Part shown: in pieces, positions 20,767-30,812 of the stretch
Layout of the letters: each line of letters begins with the position of its first letter
Position numbering within the stretch: position 1 is the first letter of the stretch
IMG/VR virus record: IMGVR_UViG_3300042481_000164
Span: 32,001 to 96,000 of that record
Length of the DNA stretch: 64,000 nucleotides
From: a virus
Taxonomy: Duplodnaviria; Caudoviricetes
Strand: one strand, 5' to 3'
Made by a program: the position numbers and the translations under genes
Notes under the pieces: model-generated
What the model saw: only the letters and a program-made list of their open reading frames with translations
What the model was told of the DNA's origin: nothing
The model's database searches: none

Positions 20767-21364
20767 AGGTATTTAAATTATTAGTTAACAAATTTACTGC
20801 AGATTCTTCTATACATCCTAAATTAGCTATCTCTAATTGTAGAGTTTCTTTAGCTAAGTCTGGTTTAGTACACAATTCTCCTACAGATTTAAGTAGTTCC
20901 ACATCAGTATTTAGCAATTCTGCATACTGGTTATAGTATTTTTCAGGATACAAATAACTTTTTATGTATTGAAAATTACCGCTTTGTGGATCAAAAAAGT
21001 TTAAAATTTTGGCTTTTAAATTCAGATTTATTTTACTATACTTTCCCTTCAGAAAATTCTCCCAATCATTACTTAAATCAGAAAACTCAAATGTAAACAC
21101 ACTAGTTTTTGAGTCAGCTTTCACATAACCAAATAATCTAGCATGTTTAAGTAAGATAGATTTTACAAATACATCAAAAGTATTTGATCCATCATTTTCA
21201 TACACACATACAAGTTTCATATCCTCAGAGGATGTAGCATTTTCTTCCCAAGCAACATAAGTTGCTTTAGGAACATATGCTGCGCCTCTTTTAATTCCCA
21301 GGAGCGGATATATAAACACCTGGGATTTTTGGAAATACTTCCTATACACTGAATTTAAAGCCAT
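20726..21364 (-). CDS. Hypothetical protein (replication block)
   Basis: 212 aa ORF. Confidence 0.75.
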   Translation of the reverse strand: MALNSVYRKYFQKSQVFIYPLLGIKRGAAYVPKATYVAWEENATSSEDMKLVCVYENDGSNTFDVFVKSILLKHARLFGYVKADSKTSVFTFEFSDLSNDWENFLKGKYSKINLNLKAKILNFFDPQSGNFQYIKSYLYPEKYYNQYAELLNTDVELLKSVGELCTKPDLAKETLQLEIANLGCIEESAVNLLTNNLNTYEEFNDDCPSDME

Positions 21365-21369
21365 AACAC

Positions 21370-22392
21370 CTACAATTTTACATTATTAACTACTAATGAG
21401 TATGGTAGGTCATATCTTCTATTGTCATAGTGCCATCTAACAGTTTTCACTATTTCATTAAAAGACTCCTTCCATTTTTCTAAAGTCTCTTGACTAACTT
21501 GAAATGGATACACTTGATTGTACTTATCAATAACAATAAATGTTACTTGAAATTTCCAATTAAGCTTATCTTCTCTGTTAGCAAGATACTTGTTGCTTGC
21601 AAGAATAGTATAAATAACGGCTTGCATCCAATACTTATAATACTCTACAGATTCTGGAAAATCTTGAATTGCTTTAGATGTTGTTTTGAGGTCATTGATG
21701 AATATAGTTTTAGATTCAGAATCAACAACCACATGATCTAATACACCATGAAAACCAAAGCTTAATTTAGGGTTATCATACTCTAAATGCAACTCACTCT
21801 GGATAATAAGGTGATCATCTTCAGGAGACCTATCTAATTGTAATAAAGCTCTGACATCTTTATTGCTTCTTAGTATCTCAATTTGTGCTCTGCAGCCACT
21901 CAGAGTTTCTTGATCCACAACTGTTTTACCAATACTGTTTTTCAAGAAGTCAAAATAAGTTTTGTTCTCTTCTGTAAGAATCTTATCAAGTCTTTGCTGA
22001 TCTGTTTTGAGAGATTGGTAGAGATTAGCTGTGAGAAGTAGGTTGAGAATATCTTGGGAGTAGTCTTCCAAAGATAAGGAACTATTTCCAATTGACATGT
22101 GAATCTTAAACAAATCACTGATAATTTTTCTTTGGCTATCTGTAGGCATCTTGCCAGGTAACTCTAAAAAGTTTTCATCAAACTTTTCTTCTTCAAATAG
22201 TAGACAATGCAGAACGCGCCCTGCAACTAGGTGCGCGTCTGTAGAGTCCTCTCTTTGATTTAAAACATAATGGTTGTAAAAAACTACCGGTGAGAATAAT
22301 AACTTATTTATTCCACTGTAGCTAAAATAAAACTTCTTCTTATAGAACTTCTCAAGCTCTTCATTAGAACCAATCAATTTCTGACTCTCCAT
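21370..22392 (-). CDS. PD-(D/E)xK exonuclease (RecB/Cas4/DUF3799-like)
   Basis: FSYSGINKL, GRVLHCLL, GVLDHV...INDLKTT, YWMQAVIY. Confidence 0.85.
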   Translation of the reverse strand: MESQKLIGSNEELEKFYKKKFYFSYSGINKLLFSPVVFYNHYVLNQREDSTDAHLVAGRVLHCLLFEEEKFDENFLELPGKMPTDSQRKIISDLFKIHMSIGNSSLSLEDYSQDILNLLLTANLYQSLKTDQQRLDKILTEENKTYFDFLKNSIGKTVVDQETLSGCRAQIEILRSNKDVRALLQLDRSPEDDHLIIQSELHLEYDNPKLSFGFHGVLDHVVVDSESKTIFINDLKTTSKAIQDFPESVEYYKYWMQAVIYTILASNKYLANREDKLNWKFQVTFIVIDKYNQVYPFQVSQETLEKWKESFNEIVKTVRWHYDNRRYDLPYSLVVNNVKL

Positions 22393-23728
22393 TTTCTTCT
22401 GTTGTTGTTGGGTTAATATCTAATTGTTCTTCTGTATCTGTAATAGCCTCAGTTGTATCTTCTACAAACGGTAAGAGTTCTTCTTCTCTTACTGTTTCTA
22501 TTACTCTTACTGTTTCTTCAGATTCAGAAATTGCATTTACATCTTCTAATAAAAAAGATACTTCTTCTTCAATAACTTCTTCAGTTACACTTTCTATGTT
22601 TAAACTTTCAGTGTTTACAACTTCTTCTTCAACAGTTTCTTCTTCTACTACAACAGGTTCAAAGTCCTCAATTATACCATATGTATAGTTTTGATTTAAT
22701 AATTGAAGTAGATTATCACATACAGTTATTGTTTTTACTTTAAAATATCCACTATCCCCACGTTGCATAATTTCTTTATTATAGTGTCTCATTAAAAGAT
22801 TTAACTTATCAGCAGTCAACACATTGAAAGAAATTAAAGACTTAACCACATCATCTAACTCAGTTGAGAATCTATATTTATTTTTATTTATCATAGAACA
22901 TAAACTTTTAAAGTTTACATGGTTTCTTGTATGACACTCATACATTGTGTAACTATGTTCTTTAAACAACATTTCTAAGAAAAGTAAACTTTCTACAATA
23001 TTTGAATTAGCCATAATTTCCATAGCCAAAACATGATTGTCTCTATCACCACTCTCAAACATGTTTTTTAATTGACCAAACATTTCATAATCAATAATCA
23101 CATTCTTTGAACTGATTGCAGCAATTAAACCTGATACATCATAAATTGTTTTTGTTTGTAAAAGCTCAACTTCTTCAATAAAATCAGGATGAACTTCATA
23201 AAATGATTCAGAATCATCATAATTAGTAGGTAAATCAAGTTTTTTCTTATTTACAAGATCTCTTAGTTCATTAACTGTGTTCCAATTATAATAAATTTTA
23301 CATTCTTCTTCACCATGCAAAGTAGTATAGGCATCTATTACATCTTTTAAATCTGAAATTTGTGTAGGATCAATATAAAAATATGAACTTAAATAAGGTT
23401 CTATTTTACTAAACTCACTTTTACTTAAAGAATAGTACCAACTTGTACCATTATTAGTTTTATAGTATTCATGATGTGTTTTAGCAGAAGCAAAAATATA
23501 ATTAGCAGTATTAGCATCTCTTACACTTTTTGTTCCATATTCATCATTGAAGGCTTTAAGTTTTGTTCTAGGTAATTCAACACCAGGTAATAAATATAAC
23601 TTATCTCCTTTAGTAGGGGTATAATCAATATCTACAAGATTAAATAATTTTTCTGTACAAGGTATTAAATGTATAAGTTTATGAGACAACTTACCCTGAC
23701 TTATGCTTACAAAAATTTTTGCTATCAT
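22364..23728 (-). CDS. Hypothetical protein with acidic tail (MoxR/vWA-associated)
   Basis: 454 aa; E-rich C-terminus. Confidence 0.75.
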   Translation of the reverse strand: MIAKIFVSISQGKLSHKLIHLIPCTEKLFNLVDIDYTPTKGDKLYLLPGVELPRTKLKAFNDEYGTKSVRDANTANYIFASAKTHHEYYKTNNGTSWYYSLSKSEFSKIEPYLSSYFYIDPTQISDLKDVIDAYTTLHGEEECKIYYNWNTVNELRDLVNKKKLDLPTNYDDSESFYEVHPDFIEEVELLQTKTIYDVSGLIAAISSKNVIIDYEMFGQLKNMFESGDRDNHVLAMEIMANSNIVESLLFLEMLFKEHSYTMYECHTRNHVNFKSLCSMINKNKYRFSTELDDVVKSLISFNVLTADKLNLLMRHYNKEIMQRGDSGYFKVKTITVCDNLLQLLNQNYTYGIIEDFEPVVVEEETVEEEVVNTESLNIESVTEEVIEEEVSFLLEDVNAISESEETVRVIETVREEELLPFVEDTTEAITDTEEQLDINPTTTEENGESEIDWF

Positions 23729-23821
23729 TTTTTTAATATAAAAGAAGATAGGGGAATAATCCTCCCCTATCCCGGTTAATAATTAAGTTAACTTTTTTTA
23801 CAGGGAACTGAATAGTCCTGA

Positions 23822-24991
23822 TTATTTAACAGACATCTTTACTACATTAGCATTCATCATCAATGGAGCAAATTTAACCTTGTTACCATTGATTAATTCT
23901 TTGATGACATAGTATCTCAAGTCATCAGTAAAAGAATCACATTCAGTAGTTAATTTGATAATTCTATCAGTCATTGCTTTAGTAACAGGATTCTTCTCTG
24001 CATGAGTCAAACCATAGTTAACAATTCTTGTTGCAACTACACTAGATAAATCAGCACGGAAGTCATCACCTTCTCCTATAGCATGTTTAAGTGTGTTTAA
24101 CACATACTGCTCATCTTTCTCAAAGATATCTTTAGGACCAATAATCTTATCTAGTTTGTTATTGATAAACATAGTAAACATAGATGCAAAGTCAGGACCT
24201 ACAGAACCCTCACCAATCATTTGAATAATTGGTAATTGTTTAGAGAAATCTTGAATAGAACTGATAGAGTTAAAGAATGTAGTAATCATCCTTGGATTAA
24301 TTCTTTGAGAAACTAACTCAGGATTCATCAATAAGAAGTTAATACATCTACTATCTATTTGAGACTTCTCAGCCCATTTAGCCCATATACCTGCATCAAA
24401 TTTTACTTCTGTAGAAATAAATCTGGTCTTTTGAGCAATATCTAAAGAAGTAACATTATAATCACCATTGTCTGGATTAGTAGTTAACAAGATATGCCAG
24501 TTCTTAGGTAATTTCCAAGAAGCATATGCTTGCTCATCAATCAAAGTCATGGTAGCTTGCATAAATCTGTGGTCAGCTCTGGTATAGTCATCAAGAATCA
24601 AGAATCCACCTTCTTTCTTACCCTGAATCCATTCAGGAGCAGCATGTGACATTCTTTTATTGATTACTTTGTAACCTTTCTTCATTGCTGCATCAATCTG
24701 ATGCTCATTAATCCAGGTAGTTTTACCTTCTGCATTTGAAATCTCAAATTCTTTAACAGGAAAACCTACTAAATCACCCAATTCCTCAAACTCTGCTAAG
24801 TTTAATCTAATAATATCCATGTTAAGCTCTGCAGCTAATTGTTTTACTGATGAAGTTTTACCCAAACCTGCATCACCCTCAATATTAACAGCTACAGGTA
24901 CTTTACCTAAGCTTTGAATGTGTTGGTTATTAACAACCATATACTTTACGAAATCTTTTAACTCATCTAGGTTTAATTGAACTTGGCTCAT
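23822..24991 (-). CDS. MoxR-like AAA+ ATPase
   Basis: GDAGLGKT Walker A, LILDDYTRA Walker B, TTNP sensor, DIAQKTRF. Confidence 0.85.
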   Translation of the reverse strand: MSQVQLNLDELKDFVKYMVVNNQHIQSLGKVPVAVNIEGDAGLGKTSSVKQLAAELNMDIIRLNLAEFEELGDLVGFPVKEFEISNAEGKTTWINEHQIDAAMKKGYKVINKRMSHAAPEWIQGKKEGGFLILDDYTRADHRFMQATMTLIDEQAYASWKLPKNWHILLTTNPDNGDYNVTSLDIAQKTRFISTEVKFDAGIWAKWAEKSQIDSRCINFLLMNPELVSQRINPRMITTFFNSISSIQDFSKQLPIIQMIGEGSVGPDFASMFTMFINNKLDKIIGPKDIFEKDEQYVLNTLKHAIGEGDDFRADLSSVVATRIVNYGLTHAEKNPVTKAMTDRIIKLTTECDSFTDDLRYYVIKELINGNKVKFAPLMMNANVVKMSVK

Positions 24992-25011
24992 AACTTTTCT
25001 TTTTTAATTTT

Positions 25012-26322
25012 TTATAACTCTAACTTAATAACTTTGCCTGGTAATGCTGTGTTCAGATGTGATCTTTCAGATAATACCCACAATACTTTGCCTTTTGGCT
25101 TTATACTAGTGTAACACTCACCATCAGTAAAATATATCAAACTTGTATACTTTCTGATGTTAGCATCATAATACTCTAGGACGGGATCAAATTCAGTCCC
25201 ACCTCTACCTACAATGTTCAAATCATTCTTGCCTTTATAGGCTTCAATGCTTTTGATTTTGGTGTCACATTGTATGATAGTTATATCTACTCCAGTTTTA
25301 TGAATGTGTTGAATCTCATTCATGAATTCTTTAAGCTCATCATTACTTACTGAACCTGAAGTGTCAATGGCCAACAAAATATGCTGACGCATTTTAATTT
25401 TTAGACCTGGAAAAGCCGGAAATCTTTTGTTTTCCTTTCTCTGAAGTTTCTTGGTAAATACTTTTGTACTTGTACCAGTAAATCTTCTGACATAACCTTT
25501 CCAATCAAATTTTTGTTTTACAATTTGTTCTACTTTTATCAAATCTGACATCTCACCAGGAACAGTACCTCTTTTCTTTTCAGTCTGGTCTTTAGCTTCA
25601 GTAAGAATTCTTTGAATTTGGCGGTCCATAAGCTTTTGCTCTGTCTCACTAATATTATCAAATTCTTCCCATGTATCATGTTCAGAGCCTGTACCCATTC
25701 CTTGTTCCATTTGGTCAAGTAATTGGTCAAGGGCTTCAGAACCTGAACTACCTGTTTGCTCTTTTTGCTCCTGTGCATCCTTCAGCTTCTTATAGTAGTA
25801 TTTAGTACCTGCTTTTCTATCAAGGTTTAACTCATGATAATCATCAATAATTATACCTCTCATAGGTATTTTAGCTTCAATTTGTTTCAATTCTTCTTCC
25901 GTAGAACCAGAATCTTTGGCTTGTTTATATTCAGCCATTACAGTCTCTTTAAGAGCTGTATATTCATCTGTGGTATATTCACCACCGGGTAACCATGTAT
26001 CTTCTATATACTGGTTAATCTCCATGTCCATTGCAACATTGGCCATTCTCTTATCAGCATATCCGTGATAAGCTGTTAAGTGTCCAAAAGCAATATGTAA
26101 CAATTCATGTTTCATGATACCCAACCTATGTTGGTCTGTAAGTGTATTGACCCAGAAATTTTCATTTATGGCCAATTGGTAGTTAATACCATTCTTGCTT
26201 ACACCTGCTGTCGGAATATCATCTCTCCAATGCTTATTCAGCTGTATTAGAAAATAGCCATAATATGGCTCTTTAAGCATAAGGTCCTTGATGGCCTTGC
26301 TTAGTAAATCTACTTTATTCAT
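25012..26322 (-). CDS. DUF2201-type metallopeptidase-like + vWA domain protein
   Basis: HELLH motif; AIDTSGS MIDAS; GRGGTEF; YFTDGE. Confidence 0.88.
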   Translation of the reverse strand: MNKVDLLSKAIKDLMLKEPYYGYFLIQLNKHWRDDIPTAGVSKNGINYQLAINENFWVNTLTDQHRLGIMKHELLHIAFGHLTAYHGYADKRMANVAMDMEINQYIEDTWLPGGEYTTDEYTALKETVMAEYKQAKDSGSTEEELKQIEAKIPMRGIIIDDYHELNLDRKAGTKYYYKKLKDAQEQKEQTGSSGSEALDQLLDQMEQGMGTGSEHDTWEEFDNISETEQKLMDRQIQRILTEAKDQTEKKRGTVPGEMSDLIKVEQIVKQKFDWKGYVRRFTGTSTKVFTKKLQRKENKRFPAFPGLKIKMRQHILLAIDTSGSVSNDELKEFMNEIQHIHKTGVDITIIQCDTKIKSIEAYKGKNDLNIVGRGGTEFDPVLEYYDANIRKYTSLIYFTDGECYTSIKPKGKVLWVLSERSHLNTALPGKVIKLEL

Positions 26323-26328
26323 AAGCCC

Positions 26329-26733
26329 TTACTTTTTTACTATTTTCAGATCTCCTTTAAATTCAAAACCAAATTTTTCAAGTTTAGTTTTTACAGTTTC
26401 TACATACATTTCAAAATAAAAAATTATACACTCATTGTAATCAGGACAAACCTTAAAGTATTCTATAACATTAAGTACTTTCTGTTTATCAGTAAAGCAC
26501 ATAGAAAAAGTATAACCTAATTCTATGTATAATACTTTATGAAATTTAGTTTTTTCCCAATAAGCTTCATTTTTACCAGAAAAGATAAAAACCATAAAAA
26601 TCCAGAACATATTCTCTTCAATGTCTAAAGAGTCAATAATTGTATGTGCTAAATAAGAATTAGTTTCATCAGGAGAATTAATCATTGCAATCAGATTCTT
26701 ACATTCTTCTTTTCCAAATTTTACTTTTTCCAT
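26329..26733 (-). CDS. Hypothetical protein
   Basis: 134 aa ORF. Confidence 0.7.
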   Translation of the reverse strand: MEKVKFGKEECKNLIAMINSPDETNSYLAHTIIDSLDIEENMFWIFMVFIFSGKNEAYWEKTKFHKVLYIELGYTFSMCFTDKQKVLNVIEYFKVCPDYNECIIFYFEMYVETVKTKLEKFGFEFKGDLKIVKK

Positions 26734-26745
26734 CAGTCTTTTTTT

Positions 26746-26838
26746 TTACATTTTACCAAATAGAGACTTCTCTCTACATTTTCTTACATGCTTTTCAATA
26801 AAAGCTAAATACCTGTAAATGCGTCTAAGTGTTTTCAT
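26746..26838 (-). CDS. Small basic hypothetical protein (30 aa)
   Basis: Manual translation MKTLRRIYRYLAFIEKHVRKCREKSLFGKM; fills the intergenic gap exactly. Confidence 0.5.
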   Translation of the reverse strand: MKTLRRIYRYLAFIEKHVRKCREKSLFGKM

Positions 26839-26839
26839 A

Positions 26840-27223
26840 TTAATTTGCATATTTCCATTCAAAACCACCTGTTGATTGCTGTAAACCTTGACAACATTTA
26901 TTTATGTTGGTGTCAAATATTCCATTTGCTTTAGCTGCAAGTTTACTTGAATCATAACTACATATATATTTTCCTTTGTAGTATTTATGAACTGGCTTTG
27001 CAAAAGTTAATCCCATTTGTGATACATCTCCTATTTTGTTAGGAATTCTAGATTTTTCTGAAAACTTTCTGAACTGTCTATTATTGGTACTAATAATTAA
27101 TCCTGCTGTACATCTGGATATAGCACTTTTATAAATATCTAACTGTTTTTCTAATTCAGCAAATGTTTGTACATCAAACACTTCTAATAAATAACCTTCA
27201 AGGTCATACATTGCTATTTTCAT
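26840..27223 (-). CDS. NUMOD1 (IENR1) DNA-binding domain protein
   Basis: Two repeats: YDLEGYLLEVF...AISRC and YDSSKLAA...INKCC...GGFEWKY; no nuclease domain. Confidence 0.75.
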   Translation of the reverse strand: MKIAMYDLEGYLLEVFDVQTFAELEKQLDIYKSAISRCTAGLIISTNNRQFRKFSEKSRIPNKIGDVSQMGLTFAKPVHKYYKGKYICSYDSSKLAAKANGIFDTNINKCCQGLQQSTGGFEWKYAN

Positions 27224-27225
27224 AA

Positions 27226-27663
27226 CTATTTTATTTTATAAAATCTACCTAGAATATTCCCATTCAGAAACTCCTCTTTTTCAAGTACTTCATACACAAA
27301 TTGATGTTTAGTTTCTTGATAAGTAAGTTCTCTAGCTGAAAAACATATTTTAAGTATTTCTCTTTTAATACTTACTCCTTGTTTATGTGCTTCTTTAAGA
27401 ATCATATTACTGCTAAAATAGTTTCTAAAATTTGGTTGTATTACCATTTTATATTTCTTCAACCTTTTATCAGTACTGACCGCCAGAGCTTTCTTACCCA
27501 AGGATCTTTTGATATTTGCAAAGAAGTTTTTCTTTCCTATGTACATAAAAGACCTACCATCTATTATAGCTGACATAATATAAACAAAACCTATTGCACC
27601 TTCAGGTATATGAGAGTCTTTAAACTCTTTACCTTCATAGATCCATTCTGCAGAATCTTTCAT
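27226..27663 (-). CDS. GIY-YIG family nuclease
   Basis: GFVYIM...YIGKK motif, REILKIC, ETKHQF, NGNI. Confidence 0.75.
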   Translation of the reverse strand: MKDSAEWIYEGKEFKDSHIPEGAIGFVYIMSAIIDGRSFMYIGKKNFFANIKRSLGKKALAVSTDKRLKKYKMVIQPNFRNYFSSNMILKEAHKQGVSIKREILKICFSARELTYQETKHQFVYEVLEKEEFLNGNILGRFYKIK

Positions 27664-28634
27664 AATTTACTTTTTATTAGATTAAACACAATGTTTCTTG
27701 TTTCTTGAACACCTCTAGCTTTTACAGTGTCAGAGATATCCTTCTCAAAGGGTAGTATCAAGTAATCAAAACCATATCTCTTCTGATATGCTTTAGAAGC
27801 TTCAATACCGGGCTCATCATTGTCAAAGAGTACTATGATCTTAGCATATTTATGCATATACTTTTTCATAATACCTTCTGCAATAACAGTGTTTTCACTA
27901 TCCGGAGCAATAGCTTCAGCATTACCAATACCAAGAGTCTTAAAAGACATGATATCCTTCAGAGATTTGGTAAGAATAAGATACTTACAATCAAAGTTAA
28001 CCTGCTCAGAACCCTGAATATAATCAGAGACTTTGATAAATTTACTTTTCTTATTTTTAGGCTGATATATCTTATACAGAGTACCATCTTTTCTAAAATA
28101 ACCATAAGTATATTGATTCTCAAATCTTAATTCCTTTACCTCACCAGCATTATCTGTTTTACTCAAGATGAAATACTGTAATGGTTGAACATTATATTCT
28201 TTTAGTAATCTAGAAGAAATTTTGTAACCCATCCAGAAATCCTGATCAAGATTATTCCAGTGTCTTATTTCATAATCAGAAACTTCATATCTACTTTCAG
28301 CTACATATTCTCTTGGTGTAATGTCATGTCTAGAAACATATATGGAATAATCATCCATAATTTTTCTAACAGCAATACCTCTTGATTCAAGATTATGATA
28401 AATCATTACAAGCTCTATTGCATCACCAGATTTACCAGAAGAAAAATCCTTAAATCTATATTTACCCATCTTATCAGGATAAATACAAAATGATGGAGTA
28501 TTCTCTTTAACAAATACTGATTTGATTTTAAGATCTTGTCCGGTTAATTTTTCTGTAAGATTTAAATAGAACTCAAAGATCCATTCTGTAGGAACTTGAT
28601 TCAAGTCAGAAATTAGTCCTTTAGTTGAAATCAT
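27660..28634 (-). CDS. DNA primase (TOPRIM)
   Basis: FKDFSSGKSGD, TKSLKDIM, APDSE, FDNDEPG, KDISD. Confidence 0.88.
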   Translation of the reverse strand: MISTKGLISDLNQVPTEWIFEFYLNLTEKLTGQDLKIKSVFVKENTPSFCIYPDKMGKYRFKDFSSGKSGDAIELVMIYHNLESRGIAVRKIMDDYSIYVSRHDITPREYVAESRYEVSDYEIRHWNNLDQDFWMGYKISSRLLKEYNVQPLQYFILSKTDNAGEVKELRFENQYTYGYFRKDGTLYKIYQPKNKKSKFIKVSDYIQGSEQVNFDCKYLILTKSLKDIMSFKTLGIGNAEAIAPDSENTVIAEGIMKKYMHKYAKIIVLFDNDEPGIEASKAYQKRYGFDYLILPFEKDISDTVKARGVQETRNIVFNLIKSKL

Positions 28635-28652
28635 AACTAAAAATTTTAGAAT

Positions 28653-28680
28653 AAAAAAGGGAGCACTGAGACTCCCTTTC
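28653..28680 (-). terminator. Intrinsic terminator
   Basis: AAAGGGAG-cactgaga-CTCCCTTT with A-run on + strand. Confidence 0.7.
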
Positions 28681-28697
28681 TCAAAAGTTATTTACTT

Positions 28698-29381
28698 TTA
28701 ATCTAAGCTGAAGTCTGCAGCATTTTTACTTGGAACAGAGAAATCATCATCTTGTCCTCCAAATTCTTTTTTCTCAGTTACTTCAAGCTTTTTAAGGTGT
28801 TTAGCCTCATTATACTCTAAGTTTTTACCTCCTTCAAGAGCAGCAAATGCATATTTGTTGTTCTCTGCTTTTGGTAAATACATATCATAGTTAGTGTAAC
28901 CAGTTTTACCCATATACTCTTTACCACCTACACACCATTTAAGATATTTATCTTTGATAGGAGCATTCTCACTGAAGTTTTTAACAAAGTCTTCAATTGT
29001 ATCAAACTTGTTATCTTGAGAAATAAACCACTCATCAATCTCAAATGTATGAGCTAAGTTCTTCAAGAAGATCATGATAGATCTATCTCTTTGAATTTTA
29101 ATTCCAGATTTAGTTTCACCATCAGCAAATGCATATTGGCTTGCCTTTACTCTACCAATTTGACCTGCATAGCGTCCTTTGCTTTCATCATCTTTGTCAA
29201 TCATAAAACCTTCAAAGTCATCCATAGGAGGAGTTTCTACATTCAACATTAAGTGGTATGCACCTTCAATAAATGTAAAATCTTCTAATGTAACAGAGTT
29301 AATTTTTAAAACATGATTACCTGGTGTAATTGTTTTAGGCATCCCTGAGCCTGTTCCTAAATCAGTTGTACTTAAAGCCAT
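28698..29381 (-). CDS. Probable single-stranded DNA-binding protein
   Basis: Lies between Sak4-like ATPase and primase; acidic C-terminal tail (DDDFS...DFSLD). Confidence 0.5.
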   Translation of the reverse strand: MALSTTDLGTGSGMPKTITPGNHVLKINSVTLEDFTFIEGAYHLMLNVETPPMDDFEGFMIDKDDESKGRYAGQIGRVKASQYAFADGETKSGIKIQRDRSIMIFLKNLAHTFEIDEWFISQDNKFDTIEDFVKNFSENAPIKDKYLKWCVGGKEYMGKTGYTNYDMYLPKAENNKYAFAALEGGKNLEYNEAKHLKKLEVTEKKEFGGQDDDFSVPSKNAADFSLD

Positions 29382-29415
29382 CTTTTTTTTACTTTTTAAT
29401 TGTTAAACTTACTTT

Positions 29416-30135
29416 TTAAATATATACTTCATCCCAAGACACTTTCAAAGGTCCTTCACTAGAATCAGCAATTACTATTTCTTTATTTCTCAAGTGATCT
29501 GGTCTTGCACCACAAGTTACTTCATCATTAGTCTTAAAATTTAATATAGTTTTAGAACCTTTTCTGTACATGTAACCAATCGCATCTGCATTAGCACAAA
29601 CTAAAGATTTCAGTTTACCTGACAAATCTATATTTGCTGCCATTACCATCTCACCTTTATCATCAACTTGCTTATCTTTAATGTGTCCAGAAAGGATCAC
29701 ATGATCAGCTAGTGTATCTACAAAATCAAGCACCTGGAAAAAAGCTTGGCGAATATACAAATAACCTGCACCATTTGGTAAAGTAGTAACATTATCACCA
29801 TCATAATTTTTACCCATTGATGTGCTTTTGTATAATTTCACAGCAAGCGGGTGAATCATTTCTTCCAATGCTGTTACAGTATCTATTGTAATGTACTTGT
29901 AAGGTTTATTAGCTTCTCTAATAGCCTTACCAGTATCCAATAACTCTTGTAAACTATTAATTGGAACTTTAAGTGCTTCAATAAAATCTGTACCTTGTTC
30001 TAAGTCTAAGATAAGATTACTTTCTAAACCCGCATAACAAGTAGTTTTACCTGTTTTAGGCTTTGAATAGATAACCAATCTTTTAGGATTAGCTCTTTGA
30101 GCTTTTACCTTTGTAGTAGGAAGTACTATACTCAT
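29416..30135 (-). CDS. Sak4-like/AAA_24 ATPase (ssDNA annealing recombinase)
   Basis: YSKPKTGKTT, LDLEQG, IDTVT, GAGY, ADAIGY. Confidence 0.85.
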   Translation of the reverse strand: MSIVLPTTKVKAQRANPKRLVIYSKPKTGKTTCYAGLESNLILDLEQGTDFIEALKVPINSLQELLDTGKAIREANKPYKYITIDTVTALEEMIHPLAVKLYKSTSMGKNYDGDNVTTLPNGAGYLYIRQAFFQVLDFVDTLADHVILSGHIKDKQVDDKGEMVMAANIDLSGKLKSLVCANADAIGYMYRKGSKTILNFKTNDEVTCGARPDHLRNKEIVIADSSEGPLKVSWDEVYI

Positions 30136-30812
30136 TGTTTAGTAATTAATTCATTTAACCACTGTTTATTACTTACAGGTTTTTTCCACATAATTGCTGC
30201 ATAATCTGCAATAGTCATTTCAGAATATAATATATCAGGAATAACATTTACAGGTTTAGGTATCAAAGCAACTTTTTCTTTTATACCTTCAGTAAAATCT
30301 GGAAAGTCATTGTTATCAACTAAAGAATTCTGAAGTCTAGGTAGATCCATATCAAAATCACTTTTCTTCTTTTCTTCAACCTCAGTAAGTCTTTTCTCAA
30401 ACAAACTAAATGTTATTGCACTTCCGTCAGGATTAACAGCCATCATTTCTTGTAATGGTACAGTAAATAATGAATAATCAGATCCTGTAGAAGATGTACC
30501 ACTTTTCTTATCATACTCTTCAGAAAAGAAAGGGTTGTATCTGTACTTAAACAACTGTCTATGTTCATAAAAAGGTTTTACATCCACAACAGTACCTGAA
30601 GCATCAGTTACATTGTCATACAGCTCAATATATAAATCTTCACCTTTACTTAGCTCAGACTCAAAAAATTGAACTTGTCTTCCATACTTACCTTTTTGGA
30701 AAAAAGCAGTTTTAATTAAGAATGCCGGATCTGGTAGACCAAGCCTCTTAAAGGTTTCTATGTGTTGCACATAGAATTCTTTTTCTCTTGTTTTTCTAAT
30801 TGTAACACTCAT
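30132..30812 (-). CDS. Hypothetical protein
   Basis: 226 aa ORF; C-terminal MTIADYAAIMWKKPVSNKQWLN. Confidence 0.75.
   Translation of the reverse strand: MSVTIRKTREKEFYVQHIETFKRLGLPDPAFLIKTAFFQKGKYGRQVQFFESELSKGEDLYIELYDNVTDASGTVVDVKPFYEHRQLFKYRYNPFFSEEYDKKSGTSSTGSDYSLFTVPLQEMMAVNPDGSAITFSLFEKRLTEVEEKKKSDFDMDLPRLQNSLVDNNDFPDFTEGIKEKVALIPKPVNVIPDILYSEMTIADYAAIMWKKPVSNKQWLNELITKQ

Noticed and set aside
26840-27663. Intron-encoded homing endonuclease
   Set aside because: The GIY-YIG and NUMOD1 genes are free-standing; no interrupted host gene or intron core was seen
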